Positions 59,495-61,578 of a DNA stretch of 61,578 nt are shown here, one piece after another. The stretch's first letter is position 1; every line of letters starts with the position of its first letter. Origin of the DNA: Coprothermobacterota bacterium (lineage in GTDB: Bacteria > Coprothermobacterota > HKB111); the NCBI GenBank assembly GCA_037440465.1, contig JBBIUB010000009.1, positions 1 to 61,578 on the forward strand, in the 5' to 3' direction. The notes beneath the pieces are model-generated. The model searched no databases. It saw nothing but the letters and a program-made list of their open reading frames with translations, and was not told where the DNA came from. The position numbers and the translations under genes were made by a program.

Positions 59495-59526
59495 GTCATT
59501 GCGAGGGCAAAGCCCGTGGCAATCTC
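59495..59526 (+). repeat. GTCATTGCGAG..GCAATCT REP-like palindrome
   Basis: GTCATTGCGAGGGCAAAGCCCGTGGCAATCTC hairpin; single copy in the window. Confidence 0.6.
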
Positions 59527-59545
59527 AATTCACTTGCCATACTTC

Positions 59546-60019
59546 TCACTCTCGAATATCCCTGGCAAAATTCACCAGTTTCTCACGATACAATTCTCTT
59601 ACCACTTCTCTATCTTTCAATAGAAGGCTCGCTACCGCTTTTTTGTTAAGGAGCGCTTCAATATGGTGTAAAGCTGCAATATTTCCCTCTCCTGAACCAC
59701 TCACAGAAAGAAAGGCAAAATTCTTAATGTTTCCTCCGCTTTCCTTAAGGTAGGTTCTAACAGCTGGCGATATAGTCCCTGCCCAAACAGGAGTGCAGAT
59801 TACCATCAGGTCATAATCTTCAGGTTTCTTCTCTACTGGTCTTATCCTGGTGGTTCTTTTAAGGAAGGCATCCCTACCGCCAAATATAAAACCCAAAATA
59901 CCTGAGCGGTTAGTTAAATCTACAAGTCCTTCAATATCAGAACCCAGTAGCTTTTGAAGTTCCTCTGCTATTTTCCTGTTCATACCCGATCTTGAATAAT
60001 ATACAATTAATACCCTCAT
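59546..60019 (-). CDS. Flavodoxin-like protein
   Basis: YYSRSG.N..IA; TPVWAG; SD AGGAGG. Confidence 0.85.
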   Translation of the reverse strand: MRVLIVYYSRSGMNRKIAEELQKLLGSDIEGLVDLTNRSGILGFIFGGRDAFLKRTTRIRPVEKKPEDYDLMVICTPVWAGTISPAVRTYLKESGGNIKNFAFLSVSGSGEGNIAALHHIEALLNKKAVASLLLKDREVVRELYREKLVNFARDIRE

Positions 60020-60304
60020 CTAATCTTTACCTCCTTAATAATAACTACAAATATTAATACCTTCACCAGAAGACTTAATATCCTTTATAGAAAACATCAA
60101 GGGTTTTTCACTTTTAACACCCTTCATCCACCACCAGCCATCTTCACCTTTCTCTATCATAATTATACATTTCCAATCTAATCCTTCTTAAACCTGGTAT
60201 TAAAAATAGCTAACTACTGGTCTTTTGTGCATTGATGGTATACTATTTTCTAACTGATGAATGTCGGTTGAATAACTCAATATTATAGAAGGGACTATAA
60301 GTAA

Positions 60305-61225
60305 GTGGCTTTACAGATAAAACTACCTCCAAACATTGATAAAAAGGGATTATATTATTTATTCTCTATCTATATAATCTGGAGTACCACCTATTTAGCA
60401 ATTCGCTACGGAGTGATGGAGGGTGGAGGTTTTCCTCCATTTATCTTTGGAGCTATCAGGGTGTTGTTAGCTGGAAGTTTAATGTTAATCTGGGGGAAAA
60501 TCACCCAGAAGCGCTTATCTTTAGAAAAAGATGAGATTATAACTTTAATCCTGTCAGGACTTTTTCTTTGGGTTGGTGGTAACGGGATGGTTTTATGGGC
60601 AGAACAAAGAATTCATTCGGGTTATGCCGCCTTAATAATCGGAGCTACACCTATCTGGGTAGCTATCATTGAATCCTTTATCAGAAAAAAATATCCAAAA
60701 TTCTTGCTCATCATTTCTATTATAATTGGCTTTGCTGGTATAACCGTATTATCACTACCTGACCTATTAAAAAGTGAAACCATTGATATACTCTCCATCT
60801 TAGCCTTAGTTTTGGGTTCAATTAGCTGGGCAAGTGGTTCAGTCTTGCAAAGCTACAGAAAAGTAAGAGTTAACCCTATAATTAGTTCTGCTTACCAGCA
60901 TCTATTTGGTGGTATCGGGTTTCTCTGTTTAACACTTTTACTAAGAGAGCCTATGCCCACTCCTACCACGGAAGCCTGGTTAGCCTTGATTTACCTGGTA
61001 TTTTTTGGTTCTATTATAGGTTTTACTTCATTTGTACTGGCATTAAAGCTTCTACCAGCCCAAATAGTTATGACTTATGCTTATGTTAATCCTGTATTAG
61101 CATTGTTTCTGGGATGGTTATTACTTAAAGAGCCGATTACAATCTGGATTATTATTGGATCTGTGTTGATTATTACTTCAGTATATGGAGTTTTTAAAAT
61201 TCGTTATTGGAGTAAATTGAATTAA
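60305..61225 (+). CDS. EamA/DMT family transporter
   Basis: YIIWSTTYLAI, GGNG, YL..FGS, YAYVNP. Confidence 0.9.
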   Translation: MALQIKLPPNIDKKGLYYLFSIYIIWSTTYLAIRYGVMEGGGFPPFIFGAIRVLLAGSLMLIWGKITQKRLSLEKDEIITLILSGLFLWVGGNGMVLWAEQRIHSGYAALIIGATPIWVAIIESFIRKKYPKFLLIISIIIGFAGITVLSLPDLLKSETIDILSILALVLGSISWASGSVLQSYRKVRVNPIISSAYQHLFGGIGFLCLTLLLREPMPTPTTEAWLALIYLVFFGSIIGFTSFVLALKLLPAQIVMTYAYVNPVLALFLGWLLLKEPITIWIIIGSVLIITSVYGVFKIRYWSKLN

Positions 61226-61235
61226 AAGAATCATT

Positions 61236-61559
61236 TTAACCTTCTATTCTCTCCACTACTATCACAAAATTTGTAGCTAAAGCTGCAATGGCTCCCAGGG
61301 CTACCCAGATGGGAAGTAATACTGCCGCTACTACACCTATAGTAAGAGGTATCTCAAAGTAGGTGTTACCATCTTTATCTTTTATTATAATCCTTCGGAT
61401 GTTTCCCTGGCGAACGAGTTCTTTTACTTTCTTAACCAGTTCTTCTCCTTCTACCTTTACCTCTTCTACTTTTAATTTTTCTTTAATACCACTTATAACA
61501 CCTTCTCCGCTTATTCTTACTTCCTCAACTCTGCCCTTCTTATCTTCCATTTTTCTCAA
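61236..61559 (-). CDS. DUF4342-like protein
   Basis: LVKKVKELVRQGNIRRIIIK..EIPLT.G followed by a hydrophobic tail. Confidence 0.75.
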   Translation of the reverse strand: MRKMEDKKGRVEEVRISGEGVISGIKEKLKVEEVKVEGEELVKKVKELVRQGNIRRIIIKDKDGNTYFEIPLTIGVVAAVLLPIWVALGAIAALATNFVIVVERIEG

Positions 61560-61578
61560 CTCCTTATTAGGTTAATTT

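Noticed and set aside
59445..59495. GATGG..GCTGAT..CTAC resembling a fluoride riboswitch
   Set aside because: Spacing and pairing do not fit, and it is not upstream of a same-strand gene
60114..60165. IMIEKGEDGWW on the minus strand resembling a HicB antitoxin N-terminus
   Set aside because: Too short to support; the frame stops after about 15 codons

Overview
Chromosomal window from a low-GC, probably strictly anaerobic bacterium; the taxon cannot be determined from sequence alone. It contains a NikR/nickel-transporter locus, lysA, rmuC, a REP-associated HUH (Y1) transposase with duplicated inverted ends, rarA, ABC systems, two fhs paralogues plus folD, and a rubrerythrin/rubredoxin/Hcp/FprA/Dfx stress cluster. 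It also has a Wood-Ljungdahl methyl-branch fragment (cooC-fhs-metV-metF-cooC, with no cooS/acs genes) bracketed by ~140-bp inverted repeats, an Mrp-type antiporter operon, archaeal-type PEP carboxylase, ftsE-ftsX with an unusual PcsB-coiled-coil/DUF3048 partner, and a PyrR-regulated pyr operon. Near the right end, one operon encodes a membrane-anchored, possibly Tat-exported AmrS-type radical SAM enzyme with two membrane redox proteins. Intergenic DNA is dense in REP-like palindromes, some nested inside each other, and holds IS481-like remnants. Several enzymes have lost canonical catalytic residues and two genes are disrupted. No rRNA, tRNA or CRISPR array was recognised. All family calls come from motif recognition, not database searches.
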